Virus record (IMG/VR): IMGVR_UViG_3300028394_000057
Location: 27,336-91,335 of that record
Origin: a virus
DNA: 64,000 nt
Reading direction: 5' to 3' (one strand)
The translations under genes were made by a program, and so were the position numbers. Positions within the stretch are counted from its first letter, which is position 1. Each line of letters begins with the position of its first letter. Shown one piece after another: positions 30,565 to 40,454 of this stretch. The notes beneath the pieces were generated by a model. It was not told where the DNA came from. It saw nothing but the letters and a program-made list of their open reading frames with translations, and searched no databases.

Positions 30565-31408
30565 TATATTCCTTGACTATTTTAATAGCAAAATCTCTTT
30601 TAAATTTAATCCACCAAGACACGAGCAAATGCATATTTTGTGGATAATCTTTTAATAAACTATCAACAATTTGTGGTAATTCATTCCAATTATTAGTCTT
30701 TGCTATATCTATTTTACCATCAAAAACAAAATCCCAGAAGTCAAAGTCTTGTTCTATGGCACTTTTAATGTCACCAATGGGCAAACAAAGCAACTCTATG
30801 GCTTCGTAGAACCTGAATGAATCAATTGTTACGTTTCCAGCAGGAGCAGGAGCAATCCTACCTTTAATGAATTTTTCATAATACTTTTTTGGCTCATAAC
30901 CCTTCATAAAGCCATCTGTTAAATTAAATACACAGTTATCTATAGTGGGCAAAACTTCAGCCAATTCTTTTCTTCTACTATGATTTATTTGACCAGAGTA
31001 AAAGACATCATATTCTTTTTCTGCATATTCTGGCAGATTTGTTTTTAAAAATTCTGGTGCACCAAGAGGAAATTTATTATGTTTTTCATGTTTTAAAAAT
31101 GGATATTGCATCCAAAACTTTATATCTCTGTGACTAATTTGATTATCTTGAAATTGTCCAGTTTCATTGGAAGTAACAAAAAGCATAACTCTATCTATTT
31201 TACTTAACTCATTATCAATCACATGCTCTTTTGTATAAAAATCTCCACCACATATAACAACAATAGCCTTATCGGTCTTTGGTAGGGACTGAACCCTAAC
31301 TGTCTCTATGTTAGCCCTATTAAAAACTTCTTGCAAAAATGCAAAATCAGATTTTGTGTCTGGGTAATTATCACTTTTAGAGTATAGGTATGCTTTAATT
31401 TGACTCAT
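30554..31408 (-). CDS. Exostosin/GT47-like glycosyltransferase
   Basis: YDVFYSGQ..R, PAPAGN...DSFRFYEAIE..CLPI. Confidence 0.7.
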   Translation of the reverse strand: MSQIKAYLYSKSDNYPDTKSDFAFLQEVFNRANIETVRVQSLPKTDKAIVVICGGDFYTKEHVIDNELSKIDRVMLFVTSNETGQFQDNQISHRDIKFWMQYPFLKHEKHNKFPLGAPEFLKTNLPEYAEKEYDVFYSGQINHSRRKELAEVLPTIDNCVFNLTDGFMKGYEPKKYYEKFIKGRIAPAPAGNVTIDSFRFYEAIELLCLPIGDIKSAIEQDFDFWDFVFDGKIDIAKTNNWNELPQIVDSLLKDYPQNMHLLVSWWIKFKRDFAIKIVKEYNEL

Positions 31409-32108
31409 AATAAAGATGAACCTCGTGTTGATAATCTAAAATTGTTTCGGTATACCCAAGTTGTTTAATCCAACCTCTAAGTTCACTAAGATACAAACCC
31501 CATTGATGAAACATAAACTCTGGATGTCCAGATAACCAAATCTTTGGTTTATATTGTTTTAACACTTCTTCGGCACCACGCAACACCTTAAATTCGCTTC
31601 CCTCTACATCTAGAGTGATAATTGTTGGTGGCTTTAATCCATAAAAAGAAACGCAGTCATCTATCTTTACTTGACCATACATGCTTCCCTCTAGATATAA
31701 TTCTTTAAACCCATGTGCCGCTTCAATATTTTGATATGCTTCTGGTGGAAATTCATCTCTATATATTCTAATAAGTGAATTGTTTTCATCAGATGCAAAG
31801 CATGGAATAGTTGCTAATGGATTTTTTAAATTATTTGCTTCCCAGATTGCTGGCATGTGTGACCAAACTTTTGGGTTAGGTTCAAACAAAACTACTTCTG
31901 CACCCCAAATTTGACACAAGGCAGACATCTCTCCCTCTTCTGCACCAACATAATACACAACATCCCCATCTACAAGATTGTCGTGCATGGATTTTAGCCT
32001 TAGTTTCTCCCAACCATTTTCAGTATACCATTCTGGTCTATCTGCTCTGTGCTTTGGAATGGTAATTTCCCATTCGCCATTTAGAATGGCTTTAACCATT
32101 TCTGTCAT
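31395..32108 (-). CDS. FkbM-family methyltransferase
   Basis: VGAEEG, FEPNP, LDVEGSEFKVLRGA. Confidence 0.85.
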   Translation of the reverse strand: MTEMVKAILNGEWEITIPKHRADRPEWYTENGWEKLRLKSMHDNLVDGDVVYYVGAEEGEMSALCQIWGAEVVLFEPNPKVWSHMPAIWEANNLKNPLATIPCFASDENNSLIRIYRDEFPPEAYQNIEAAHGFKELYLEGSMYGQVKIDDCVSFYGLKPPTIITLDVEGSEFKVLRGAEEVLKQYKPKIWLSGHPEFMFHQWGLYLSELRGWIKQLGYTETILDYQHEVHLYYESN

Positions 32109-33037
32109 TTGTTTTCCTCCATATAAAATTTAATTATTTCTTTCATGCTATCTTTCATAGTATGCTTTGATTCCCATCCAGTTTTTTCGTATAGCAAAGA
32201 TGAGTTCATAAATTGTTTCTTAATTTCAAACCCATCACTTTCAACCATTTTATAATTGACTTCTTTGCCAATAGCATCTCTAACAATATTAAACACTTGA
32301 AGTGTGGAATATCTTTCCCCAGATGATATATTAAATGATGCAACATCATTAACTGTTTCTGCGTATGTTAGTATATTAGCATATGCTGAAACAACATCTT
32401 TCACATTTATATATTCTCTAACATCTCTACCATTATTTCTTATTGTAAATGATAAATTATCTTTATGTGCTTTTAAAATTCCAGGTATTAGTCTTTGAAT
32501 GTTGTTATCTCCAGTGCCATAAATATTACAAGCACGAGTAGTTACAATAGGCATACTGTATGTATTTCTATATGAGTTACACATAATGTCTGTAATAGAT
32601 TTAGAGGCATCGTATGGATATATTCCATTAAGGATATGGTCTTCAAAGTATTCGTCATTAGTTAGTTCTCCGTATGCTTTGTCGCTAGAAGCAACAATGA
32701 TTGACTTACATTCTTTATATTCTCTCAATGATTCAAGCACGTTTAGAGTGCCAACAGCATTTGTATAGAAAGTATTGTACGGATATTTAATTGAATCATG
32801 TGCTTGAGTTTGTGCTGCAAGATGAATAAAATAGTCTGGTCTTGACTTTTCTATAAAGAAATCAACATCTGTTTTGTTATTGATATTTCCATATACCTTG
32901 TTAACATTCTTAGAAAGTTCTGTACGACTGTGTTCGTCTTTCAATAAAACAAACACATCCCAACCAAGAGATAAATAATGGTTTGAAAGGTGTGAACCCA
33001 AAAGTCCAGTAGCACCAGTGATTGCTATACTTTTCAT
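32105..33037 (-). CDS. NDP-sugar epimerase/4,6-dehydratase (extended SDR)
   Basis: ITGATGLLG, HLAAQ, SSDKAYG, YDASK. Confidence 0.9.
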   Translation of the reverse strand: MKSIAITGATGLLGSHLSNHYLSLGWDVFVLLKDEHSRTELSKNVNKVYGNINNKTDVDFFIEKSRPDYFIHLAAQTQAHDSIKYPYNTFYTNAVGTLNVLESLREYKECKSIIVASSDKAYGELTNDEYFEDHILNGIYPYDASKSITDIMCNSYRNTYSMPIVTTRACNIYGTGDNNIQRLIPGILKAHKDNLSFTIRNNGRDVREYINVKDVVSAYANILTYAETVNDVASFNISSGERYSTLQVFNIVRDAIGKEVNYKMVESDGFEIKKQFMNSSLLYEKTGWESKHTMKDSMKEIIKFYMEENK

Positions 33038-33999
33038 TCTATGCCTAACTTGTTAACAATTGTTTCCCAGCGATGTGCGTAGGTGTGTTCATTTTTTGTT
33101 CTTTGATGTCCAGCAAAACGAATCTGTTCTCTCTCTTCATCATTATCTAAATAGTAATCAATTTTTTCTTTTAGTTTATCTAGATTACCATGTGGGTAAA
33201 ATGCAATCTCTTTACCGTCTTCAAAAAATTGGTCAAGACCTGTGATGTCTGGGTAGATAGTAAATCCACCACGACCAGTAGACTCAAATAGTCTGTCGCT
33301 ACTGTAATAAGGATATGAAAAATTAATGTTTAAACTATCTCCAATAGCAATCTTGCTGCGAGCATAAATTCTATTTAAAGCATCTCCTCTTACCGTTCCA
33401 GTTTCACCATCTGGACCAACATGTAAGAATCTATTTCCGTAAGTATATTTTAAAAATTCAATTAGTTGTGGTCTGTATGGATACTCTGGATGATATCCCT
33501 TGCTTCCAACAAAGATAACATCATAATCAAAGTTACTTGCATCGTAATCTGGGTGAACGTAAACCTCTTTATCGTAAACACCTGCTGGAAGATAGTGACC
33601 GATTACATCGGTTTCTTTGTTAAACCAATCAGCCATGAGTTTATCTGTTGCAAAAAAGTGACCAATCTTAGAATAAAAACCATCATTTTCTAAATCTACT
33701 TGTCTTTGCAATCCAAACCAAAGGTCTAAGTGATAGGTCATAGTTGGAATATTTGCTACCTTTAATAATTCTAATAGTCTTGTTAGGTCTAAGTCTCCTG
33801 GATTTGACCAACCATGCGTATGTACCCAAACAAACAAATCTGACCTCATTGCTTCAAATAAAATGTCTGATGTTTTTGCTCCCCAAACACCTTCTTGAAG
33901 TCTGATTACTTCGTGTCCTAGGGATTCTAATGATTTAGCGTGATGATTTTCGCTAGAGTAATCTACCTGAAAATTACCTAAAAATGCTATTCTAGCCAA
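33034..33999 (-). CDS. CgeB-like glycosyltransferase (GT-B)
   Basis: DVIFVGS, SDRLFE..G.G, YYL....ERE.I...G..R....HTY..R. Confidence 0.8.
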   Translation of the reverse strand: MARIAFLGNFQVDYSSENHHAKSLESLGHEVIRLQEGVWGAKTSDILFEAMRSDLFVWVHTHGWSNPGDLDLTRLLELLKVANIPTMTYHLDLWFGLQRQVDLENDGFYSKIGHFFATDKLMADWFNKETDVIGHYLPAGVYDKEVYVHPDYDASNFDYDVIFVGSKGYHPEYPYRPQLIEFLKYTYGNRFLHVGPDGETGTVRGDALNRIYARSKIAIGDSLNINFSYPYYSSDRLFESTGRGGFTIYPDITGLDQFFEDGKEIAFYPHGNLDKLKEKIDYYLDNDEEREQIRFAGHQRTKNEHTYAHRWETIVNKLGIE

Positions 34000-34118
34000 T
34001 GTGTTCCTGTCTGTTTGTTCACAATGTGATACTTACATTATACCAGATATATGCTATAATTTACTTGTACCTGCCAAAAGGGGGTACAAAATAACTCGCT
34101 TAAAAGGAGATGATACAA

Positions 34119-34523
34119 ATGGTAATCTACACAGACCCATTCGCAGCACTTAGTCAGGAATTTGATAAGATGTTTGCACAACCAACAAGGGCTACATACC
34201 CACCCTACAACGTAATCCACTCAAAGGAAAAGAACGAATGGTATCTTGAGTTCGCTCTAGCAGGATTTGAGAAGGATGATGTAACCATCACAACAGATAA
34301 GAATGTTTTGACTGTTGCTGGTGAAACAAAAGAAGACAAAGAACTACCAGAGGATATCCGCTATGTTTATAAGGGCATTGCTGGTCGTAAGTTCACTCGT
34401 TCTTTTACTCTACCAGAATACGCTGAAGTCGCTAAGGCTGAATTGAAGCATGGTATTCTGACTATTGATTTAGTTATCAATGTTCCAGAGGAAAAGAAAC
34501 CTAAGACTATTATTATTAAGTAA
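34119..34523 (+). CDS. Small heat shock protein Hsp20
   Basis: YPPYNV, ALAGF, GIAGRKFTRSFTL, A.LKHGIL. Confidence 0.92.
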   Translation: MVIYTDPFAALSQEFDKMFAQPTRATYPPYNVIHSKEKNEWYLEFALAGFEKDDVTITTDKNVLTVAGETKEDKELPEDIRYVYKGIAGRKFTRSFTLPEYAEVAKAELKHGILTIDLVINVPEEKKPKTIIIK

Positions 34524-34530
34524 GTCGGAA

Positions 34531-34557
34531 GTCCTGGGTATGACAGTAAACTGCCCA
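34531..34557 (+). ncRNA. 3'-UTR H-type pseudoknot motif (copy after hsp20)
   Basis: GTC-C-TGGGTA-T-GAC-AGTAAAC-TGCCCA; same fold as five copies at 46.4-48.7 kb. Confidence 0.6.
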
Positions 34558-34583
34558 CCTAATAGATATGGTATAATAAGACA

Positions 34584-35039
34584 ATGGAAAACTTACTAGC
34601 ACAACTAAGAACGCTACTGGCAGATAACGTTGCCCTTAAATTTAAAGCACACGGATATCATTGGAATGTAGAAGGACATGATTTTTCACAATACCACAAA
34701 TTTTTTCAGAAAATCTATGAGGACTATGATGCTGCAACAGACACTTATGCAGAATGGCTTCGCATATTGAAAGAGTATGCACCATACAGACTAACAGATT
34801 TCTTTGACATGTCAACAGTTCCAGAACCAGTAATTGTTGGTGAACCACAGGGTATGCTGCATGACCTATATCTTTCAATTGAGGCACATATAGAAGCCTT
34901 GGTGATTGCAGGTGGTGTTGCAACAGAAGCAAAACAATACGGATTAGCAAATTTCTTTGCTGACCGTCAAACAGCCTCGCAGAAATTCTGCTGGCAAATT
35001 CGTGTAAGTCACGAAATGGAAATGGAGATAGAAAACTAA
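34584..35039 (+). CDS. dps: Dps / ferritin-like DNA protection protein
   Basis: HGYHWNVEG.DF...H..F...YE......D..AE; leaderless start. Confidence 0.88.
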   Translation: MENLLAQLRTLLADNVALKFKAHGYHWNVEGHDFSQYHKFFQKIYEDYDAATDTYAEWLRILKEYAPYRLTDFFDMSTVPEPVIVGEPQGMLHDLYLSIEAHIEALVIAGGVATEAKQYGLANFFADRQTASQKFCWQIRVSHEMEMEIEN

Positions 35040-36292
35040 TGCCTTATTCAGTAGGAGCACAAAATTCAAATGGATGCTCAGGGTATCCAGTAGTAAAAGA
35101 AGGTGGCGAAGTAATGGGATGCCACAAGACAGAAGCAGATGCAACAGCACAGGTTCGTGCCCTGTATGCTGCTGAAGCAGACAAGGCTGATGGTCCTAAC
35201 AGTGTTAATCCATCGTCTACCCCAAACCCAACATACCCAAATGTTGGAGTGAAGACACCAACATCTATGCGTGGTGGAAAGAAAGTTAAGATTCGTAAAC
35301 CAAAGAATCAACCAGGAAATGGTTCAGATAGTTCTGGTGCAGTTTCTAGTGGTGGAACATCCATTAGTTCTATGTATAAGGCAGATACAATCGTTGAAGG
35401 AGATTATGTAATGGGGCTAACAACTGAAGGTGCAGTTGTTGGTCTTGTTGAGCATGTTATGACTGAGGGTGGAGTTTATGGTGTTGCAGGAACAGAATAC
35501 GCTATTCAATCCACGCCAGAAAATCCAGCAATGGCTGTTAGAATTTATGAGTATGAAGAAGATGAAGACCAATGGTGTCCAACAGCATACTCAATCGGAA
35601 TGCTAATGTCCGATGCACACAAAATTGCAGAACTTGATGTAGAGGTTCAAGAACCAATGGATGGTATGCCAGAAATGGACATGGAAGAAATGTATAAGGC
35701 TGATGGATATTCTCCAACTGCTGGAATGAAGTCTGCTGCTGCTCGTGCTATCCGTTGGAAAGAAGAAGGTAAAGCCACTGGTGCAGGAACTCCTGTAGGA
35801 TGGGGTAGAGCAAGAGATATCGTAGCAGGACGCTCAATGTCTCTCAGCGTGGTCAAACGAATGTACTCTTTTTTCTCCAGACACGAGGTAGACAAAAAAG
35901 GCAAAGACTTTAACAATACAAGTAACCCAAGCAACGGTAGAATTATGTGGGACGCTTGGGGCGGTGACGCTGGATTCTCTTGGAGTCGTGGCATTGCAAC
36001 TAGAGAAGCAGATAAGGCTTTGTTTGCTGATTTTGGTAAAGATTATTCTAGAGATGAAATGTCCGTATCTAAGGGTGGTAGCGTTGGTAGCATGGTTTCT
36101 TGGAATTCTTCTGGCGGTACAGCAACAGGAAAGATTGTTAGAATTATTAGAAATGGTAAGTACAATGTTCCTAACTCAGACTTTGCAGTAACAGGAACAC
36201 CAGAAGACCCTGCCGCAGTTGTCAGAGTATATAAAGATGGTAAACCAACAGACACACTTGTTGGACATAAACTTAAGACTCTTAGAGGATAG
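35039..36292 (+). CDS. Multidomain phage protein with C-terminal DUF2945/Tudor-like domain
   Basis: VG..VSW.SSGG...G.I C-terminus; RMYSFFSRH...W..WGGDAG domain known from head-associated proteins. Confidence 0.5.
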   Translation: MPYSVGAQNSNGCSGYPVVKEGGEVMGCHKTEADATAQVRALYAAEADKADGPNSVNPSSTPNPTYPNVGVKTPTSMRGGKKVKIRKPKNQPGNGSDSSGAVSSGGTSISSMYKADTIVEGDYVMGLTTEGAVVGLVEHVMTEGGVYGVAGTEYAIQSTPENPAMAVRIYEYEEDEDQWCPTAYSIGMLMSDAHKIAELDVEVQEPMDGMPEMDMEEMYKADGYSPTAGMKSAAARAIRWKEEGKATGAGTPVGWGRARDIVAGRSMSLSVVKRMYSFFSRHEVDKKGKDFNNTSNPSNGRIMWDAWGGDAGFSWSRGIATREADKALFADFGKDYSRDEMSVSKGGSVGSMVSWNSSGGTATGKIVRIIRNGKYNVPNSDFAVTGTPEDPAAVVRVYKDGKPTDTLVGHKLKTLRG

Positions 36293-36295
36293 GTA

Positions 36296-36544
36296 ATGAA
36301 GGAACTAATTCATTTTAGTGCTACATGGTGTCAACCATGCAAACAAATGCAGCCAGTATTAGATAAGTTTCTTAGTGATAACCCAGACATTGTTTATACT
36401 AAGTATGATGCTGATGAAAATGTAAGCGTTTTCCAGGAACATGAGGTTAGGGGAGTCCCTGCTTTTATTGGCAAGGTAGATGGCAAGGAAACTTTTCACA
36501 AGGGGGCAGCCACCGAAGCCAGACTTTCCTCACTATTTGCTTGA
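36296..36544 (+). CDS. Thioredoxin
   Basis: FSATWCQPCK, VRGVP. Confidence 0.9.
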   Translation: MKELIHFSATWCQPCKQMQPVLDKFLSDNPDIVYTKYDADENVSVFQEHEVRGVPAFIGKVDGKETFHKGAATEARLSSLFA

Positions 36545-36575
36545 CAAATACCGCCATATACGGTAAAATATATAT

Positions 36576-36827
36576 ATGAGTAAACCAGATTGGGCTACAC
36601 GCCTACAACGCACATTTAAACGTAAATACGACAAGGGCTATGAAGATGGCTATAACAAGGGCTGGGGTGAAGGCTTTGAAACTGGCAGGAAGAAAGCAAT
36701 TGCAGAACAACGTAAAGTAATTATTGCTGCTCTTCAAAAAGATATCAATAAAAATAAACAGCATTACAGCACAGGAGTTCTTGCAGGTCTTAATGCATCC
36801 ATTAGTCTAATTAGGAAAGTAAAGTAA
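36576..36827 (+). CDS. Hypothetical protein with G(Y/W/F)xxG repeats
   Basis: TTGACA-17-TAAAAT promoter, leaderless ATG. Confidence 0.6.
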   Translation: MSKPDWATRLQRTFKRKYDKGYEDGYNKGWGEGFETGRKKAIAEQRKVIIAALQKDINKNKQHYSTGVLAGLNASISLIRKVK

Positions 36828-37177
36828 TGATTAAGTCAGTTAAAATTGGTCCACAAAAGTTTGACGTTGTTGAACGTGATTCTAGAGAAGATGGTATGCT
36901 CAATGATGGTGCCTATGGCTATACCATGGATGGCAAGAACCTTATTGTAATTGCATCTGGTTTGGGTAATGGTAAGCAACAAGTTACACTGCTACACGAA
37001 ATTCTACATGCTGTTCGTATGAGTTACGATGGTATGTCTAGACCAACTAAAGAAGACGACTTTGAATCATGGGAGCATTACTTTATCGCCATGTATGAAA
37101 TTGGATTACTAGCGGTACTTAAAGATAATCCAAAACTAGTAGAATGGTTAACTAATGACAAAACAACAAATAAGTAA
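36827..37177 (+). CDS. HEXXH metallopeptidase-like protein
   Basis: TLLHEILHA. Confidence 0.65.
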   Translation: MIKSVKIGPQKFDVVERDSREDGMLNDGAYGYTMDGKNLIVIASGLGNGKQQVTLLHEILHAVRMSYDGMSRPTKEDDFESWEHYFIAMYEIGLLAVLKDNPKLVEWLTNDKTTNK

Positions 37178-37331
37178 TGATGGCATGGTATGGTTGATAA
37201 TCATATCTGGTATTTTTATTGTTGCAACAGTTATTACAATGATTGTACAAGCAAACTTACCTAAAGAAAACTGTTGGGATAAGTATCCTAACAATGAAAA
37301 TCAAGCAATAATTAACTGCGAGGAGCACTAA
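37155..37331 (+). CDS. Small membrane protein (58 aa, not in track)
   Basis: Read manually; single TM, CW...C tail. Confidence 0.5.
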   Translation: MTKQQISNDGMVWLIIISGIFIVATVITMIVQANLPKENCWDKYPNNENQAIINCEEH

Positions 37332-37501
37332 TGGAACACAGTATATTAGATGTAGTATTTGGCGTTGACCATATCATTGCTGAATTCTTTTGGAATGCAG
37401 TATTTGCAGTGATTGTTTATGCATTCTCAAAGGCAAGAACGTTACGCAAGATTCACAAGTATGTGGACAGTAAACATAGCATAGAACACGAGGAGTACTA
37501 A
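37331..37501 (+). CDS. Small membrane protein (56 aa, not in track)
   Basis: Read manually; GAGGAG RBS; coupled TAATG junctions. Confidence 0.5.
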   Translation: MEHSILDVVFGVDHIIAEFFWNAVFAVIVYAFSKARTLRKIHKYVDSKHSIEHEEY

Positions 37502-37833
37502 TGCACAAAGAAACAGAATTAACTTTGCCAGTCATTGAAAAAATGATGGAACAGACACCATTTGAAAAGGCTGTATCAAGTAAATATATCGAAGCAGAAA
37601 ATTTACTGCTTAGTAAGCATAGAGACTATGGACCAAAGAATATTTCTGGTAGTCCAGGGGGAGCAATAAATGGACTTAGGGTACGGATACACGACAAGTT
37701 GGCTCGCATTAACAATCTTTATGATTCTGGTGCTACCCCCGAAAATGAAAGTCTTAGGGATTCTTTTATTGATATGGCAAATTACGCACTTATCGCACTA
37801 TTAGTTCTTGATGGAGAGTGGGATAATGATTAA
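37501..37833 (+). CDS. DUF1599 / nucleotide-modification-associated domain protein
   Basis: K..DYG, RI.DKLARI, ESLRDSFID.ANYALI. Confidence 0.75.
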   Translation: MHKETELTLPVIEKMMEQTPFEKAVSSKYIEAENLLLSKHRDYGPKNISGSPGGAINGLRVRIHDKLARINNLYDSGATPENESLRDSFIDMANYALIALLVLDGEWDND

Positions 37834-38167
37834 AGCCCCAGAAGATATAATCATTATTAAGTTAGATAAAAAAAATACAGAGCCAGAAAAGTCTGCCAGC
37901 GGTCTTCTTATCATTCAAAGTGAGGCAGACAAGCCAAAAAACATTGGCGTTGCTTTTGCTGTAGGCGAGGGTAGACAATTAAAGAGTGGTGTCCGTGTAC
38001 CAATGGATGTAAAAGTAGGAGACAGAATCATGTTTAATCCTAATAATGTTATGAAGTTTAAACATGATGGGGATGACTATCTATCTTTATACAGTGCCAG
38101 CGTTCTTGCAATACTAGGAGATGAAGATGAAGACGGTTCTAGTGATACCGTGGAAGTCAACTCCTAG
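37826..38167 (+). CDS. groES: Co-chaperonin GroES
   Basis: SASGLLI, G.A.AVG.G.......PMDVKVGDRI. Confidence 0.85.
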   Translation: MIKAPEDIIIIKLDKKNTEPEKSASGLLIIQSEADKPKNIGVAFAVGEGRQLKSGVRVPMDVKVGDRIMFNPNNVMKFKHDGDDYLSLYSASVLAILGDEDEDGSSDTVEVNS

Positions 38168-38804
38168 CAGAGAAAGACCTTTACAAGCAGTACTTGATTG
38201 GTATAAAATTAATCTACCAGACATTGAGATTATTTTTGCTAATGCTTCTGAAGATATCTGGCTTCCTAGTGCTAGTCGTAATATAGGGGTAAAAAGGGCA
38301 CAGGAGGCTTGTGCAGACGTTATTATTATTAATGACGCTGATACTATACCCGAAATTGAATCATTGCTAGAAGCCATTGAAACCTGTCAAAAAGATAAAT
38401 TAATTCATTTACCATACAGATATTGTAAATACTACACTATGGTGGAAAGTGAAAAATATTATGATGGCACAGATATCAATTTATTAAAACGCTCCCTACA
38501 TGATTCTAATGGTGGTGTTTGGGTATTTACACCAGAAACTTGGTGGAGTGTTGGTGGTATGGATGAAAAGTTTCAGCAATGGGGCAAAGAAGATACAGCA
38601 CTAGAGATAGCACACACAGTTATCAAAAATAGTAAGTTTATTAGGCATGATGGATTCATTTATTGTTTTGGTCATGTTAAACAGATTCAGGACAATGGCT
38701 ATGAGCAGAGTAATGTTCGTAATACAGAACTTTATAAACAATATTTAAATACTTTTACTCCAGAAGATATGTTGAACTTAGTTAAACAGGTTAAACATAA
38801 ATAG
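38127..38804 (+). CDS. Glycosyltransferase (GT2/GT7C-like)
   Basis: SRN.G, DADT, GGMDEKFQQWGKED. Confidence 0.8.
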   Translation: MKTVLVIPWKSTPSRERPLQAVLDWYKINLPDIEIIFANASEDIWLPSASRNIGVKRAQEACADVIIINDADTIPEIESLLEAIETCQKDKLIHLPYRYCKYYTMVESEKYYDGTDINLLKRSLHDSNGGVWVFTPETWWSVGGMDEKFQQWGKEDTALEIAHTVIKNSKFIRHDGFIYCFGHVKQIQDNGYEQSNVRNTELYKQYLNTFTPEDMLNLVKQVKHK

Positions 38805-38820
38805 GAGTTATACTTGTAAT

Positions 38821-39027
38821 ATGAATTGTTCATTGTGCCAGGAACTTTTAGTTCCAGTTGTTTACGGATTTCCAACTTACGAGCAGATAATGTCTGCCAA
38901 AGAAGACAAGATTGTTTTAGGCGGATTGCCTAGACCTCTTGCCCCTACTCATTTTTGTATTGCTTGCCAGGAAGAGTATCGTTTGGATGGGGACATTCGC
39001 ACACCCAAGTTTTCTCATAATAAGTAA
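38821..39027 (+). CDS. Small zinc-binding protein
   Basis: C..C....PVVYGFP...LGG...C..C. Confidence 0.6.
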   Translation: MNCSLCQELLVPVVYGFPTYEQIMSAKEDKIVLGGLPRPLAPTHFCIACQEEYRLDGDIRTPKFSHNK

Positions 39028-39077
39028 TAATCTTTTTACAGTTCCAATGATGTCCAGTCATGCAAAACCCACAAATT

Positions 39078-39452
39078 CTAATTTCCAATTTGATGCTCAA
39101 CAATGTGTGACAGTTTAATTAGGTATCCTTTAGATGGGTTTGGTTCAATATTGCATTTAATGGCTCTGCCACTCTTCTCTACAACAGCCTTCAAATCTTC
39201 GGTGGTAGTTATGACAACCATGTTCTCAAGAACAAACGCATAGTGAGTAGCCTTAGATACACTAAGACCAGATGGTTTCCAAGATTGAGAAGCATTATAC
39301 CAACATTCAGTTTCAATGTATAGGTTGCCTGTTTCTTTCCAACGCTTATCACGCTTCACCTCTACTGTCTCAATGGACAGGATGTTTGCTACTGTTGCTT
39401 CGCCTTGCTGACCAAACTTTAGGTCAATGTCAAAGTCGCTATTTGCTGGCAT
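39078..39452 (-). CDS. PD-(D/E)XK nuclease-like phage protein
   Basis: FDIDL.FG..GE, EVKRD, TGNLYIE, SGL. Confidence 0.6.
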   Translation of the reverse strand: MPANSDFDIDLKFGQQGEATVANILSIETVEVKRDKRWKETGNLYIETECWYNASQSWKPSGLSVSKATHYAFVLENMVVITTTEDLKAVVEKSGRAIKCNIEPNPSKGYLIKLSHIVEHQIGN

Positions 39453-39560
39453 ATCAAACCCTAACTAGTTTGCGTTTGATTGAGTCAAACCTGAGTGGAT
39501 GCTTCTTAGAAGCCTTACCATTCTGTCTATTGCTGTTTCTTGCACCTTTTGCTTTAGCCA

Positions 39561-39746
39561 TTATATATCCTCCTTCACCAACATCAATGCTGTTATGATT
39601 ACGGTAACAATAGCGGTAAAGAATTCAAGACCAAGCACCAGCCCTGATTTGTAATTAAAAGCAGAGAATATAATAAGTAATACTATTTGAGATAAAGCAA
39701 AGAGTGTTCCCCATGTAATTAAGAATGCTAATCGTAATCTAGCCAT
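39561..39746 (-). CDS. Small membrane protein
   Basis: Two hydrophobic segments. Confidence 0.5.
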   Translation of the reverse strand: MARLRLAFLITWGTLFALSQIVLLIIFSAFNYKSGLVLGLEFFTAIVTVIITALMLVKEDI

Positions 39747-39937
39747 TAGAACCAACTCCATTCATTTTCTTCATTATCTTCTAAATCCCTAAAAGCCTGA
39801 AGTAATTTTTGAGTTTTTCGGACATGGTATCCCATTTGGATAATGTCTAGACCAGTAACCTCTACTTCATCGCTATCGTCTAGCGTAACCACATAGGTGC
39901 GGTCAGGGTCAATTACAAATCGTGTTTTATTCGGCAT
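39746..39937 (-). CDS. Hypothetical protein
   Basis: Leaderless ATG after TGCTATAAT. Confidence 0.55.
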   Translation of the reverse strand: MPNKTRFVIDPDRTYVVTLDDSDEVEVTGLDIIQMGYHVRKTQKLLQAFRDLEDNEENEWSWF

Positions 39938-39956
39938 AGAATTATTATAGCACTAA

Positions 39957-40322
39957 CTAAGAAATTGTCCAGAACTTTTTCATATCTGGAACATCGTTAG
40001 GATGGATAGCCTTGATGCCAGCCTTTGAATAGGCAGACCTTGCTCCAGCATTATCATCAATGGCTAGAGTTGCTTCTTTTAATTTTTCAGCAGTTTCTGC
40101 TTTCCATTTATTTGATTCTTTATATGAATAAGGATTCATCAATAAAGAGTTGTACTTTACTCCAGCAGCCTTGAGTGCATCTACAGTCTCAGAACGCTGA
40201 CTTCTTTCTCTACCTGTAACTATAACTACCCTAGTTTTAAGTGAATTTATATAATCAATCGTCTTTTGGATTGGTTGTGTCCCATTACGGAGTAGGGTAT
40301 TATCAATGTCGCATATAATCAT
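39957..40322 (-). CDS. HAD-family phosphatase (PNKP phosphatase-like)
   Basis: ICDIDNTL, VTGR, K, IDD motifs. Confidence 0.8.
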   Translation of the reverse strand: MIICDIDNTLLRNGTQPIQKTIDYINSLKTRVVIVTGRERSQRSETVDALKAAGVKYNSLLMNPYSYKESNKWKAETAEKLKEATLAIDDNAGARSAYSKAGIKAIHPNDVPDMKKFWTIS

Positions 40323-40454
40323 ATATTCATTATACCAGCAAAAGTTCAGTTTGTAAAGGGTAAAATCGGGCGAAAATATGAGGTCTTAACGCTTGACAAG
40401 CAAGCGATTATCCTGTACAATTGATGTATAAGGTCCATTAAACGATAGGAACGT

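Noticed and set aside
39454-39561. 35-aa basic ORF as a ribosomal-protein mimic (bL37/bS22)
   Set aside because: Only compositional resemblance; no recognisable motif
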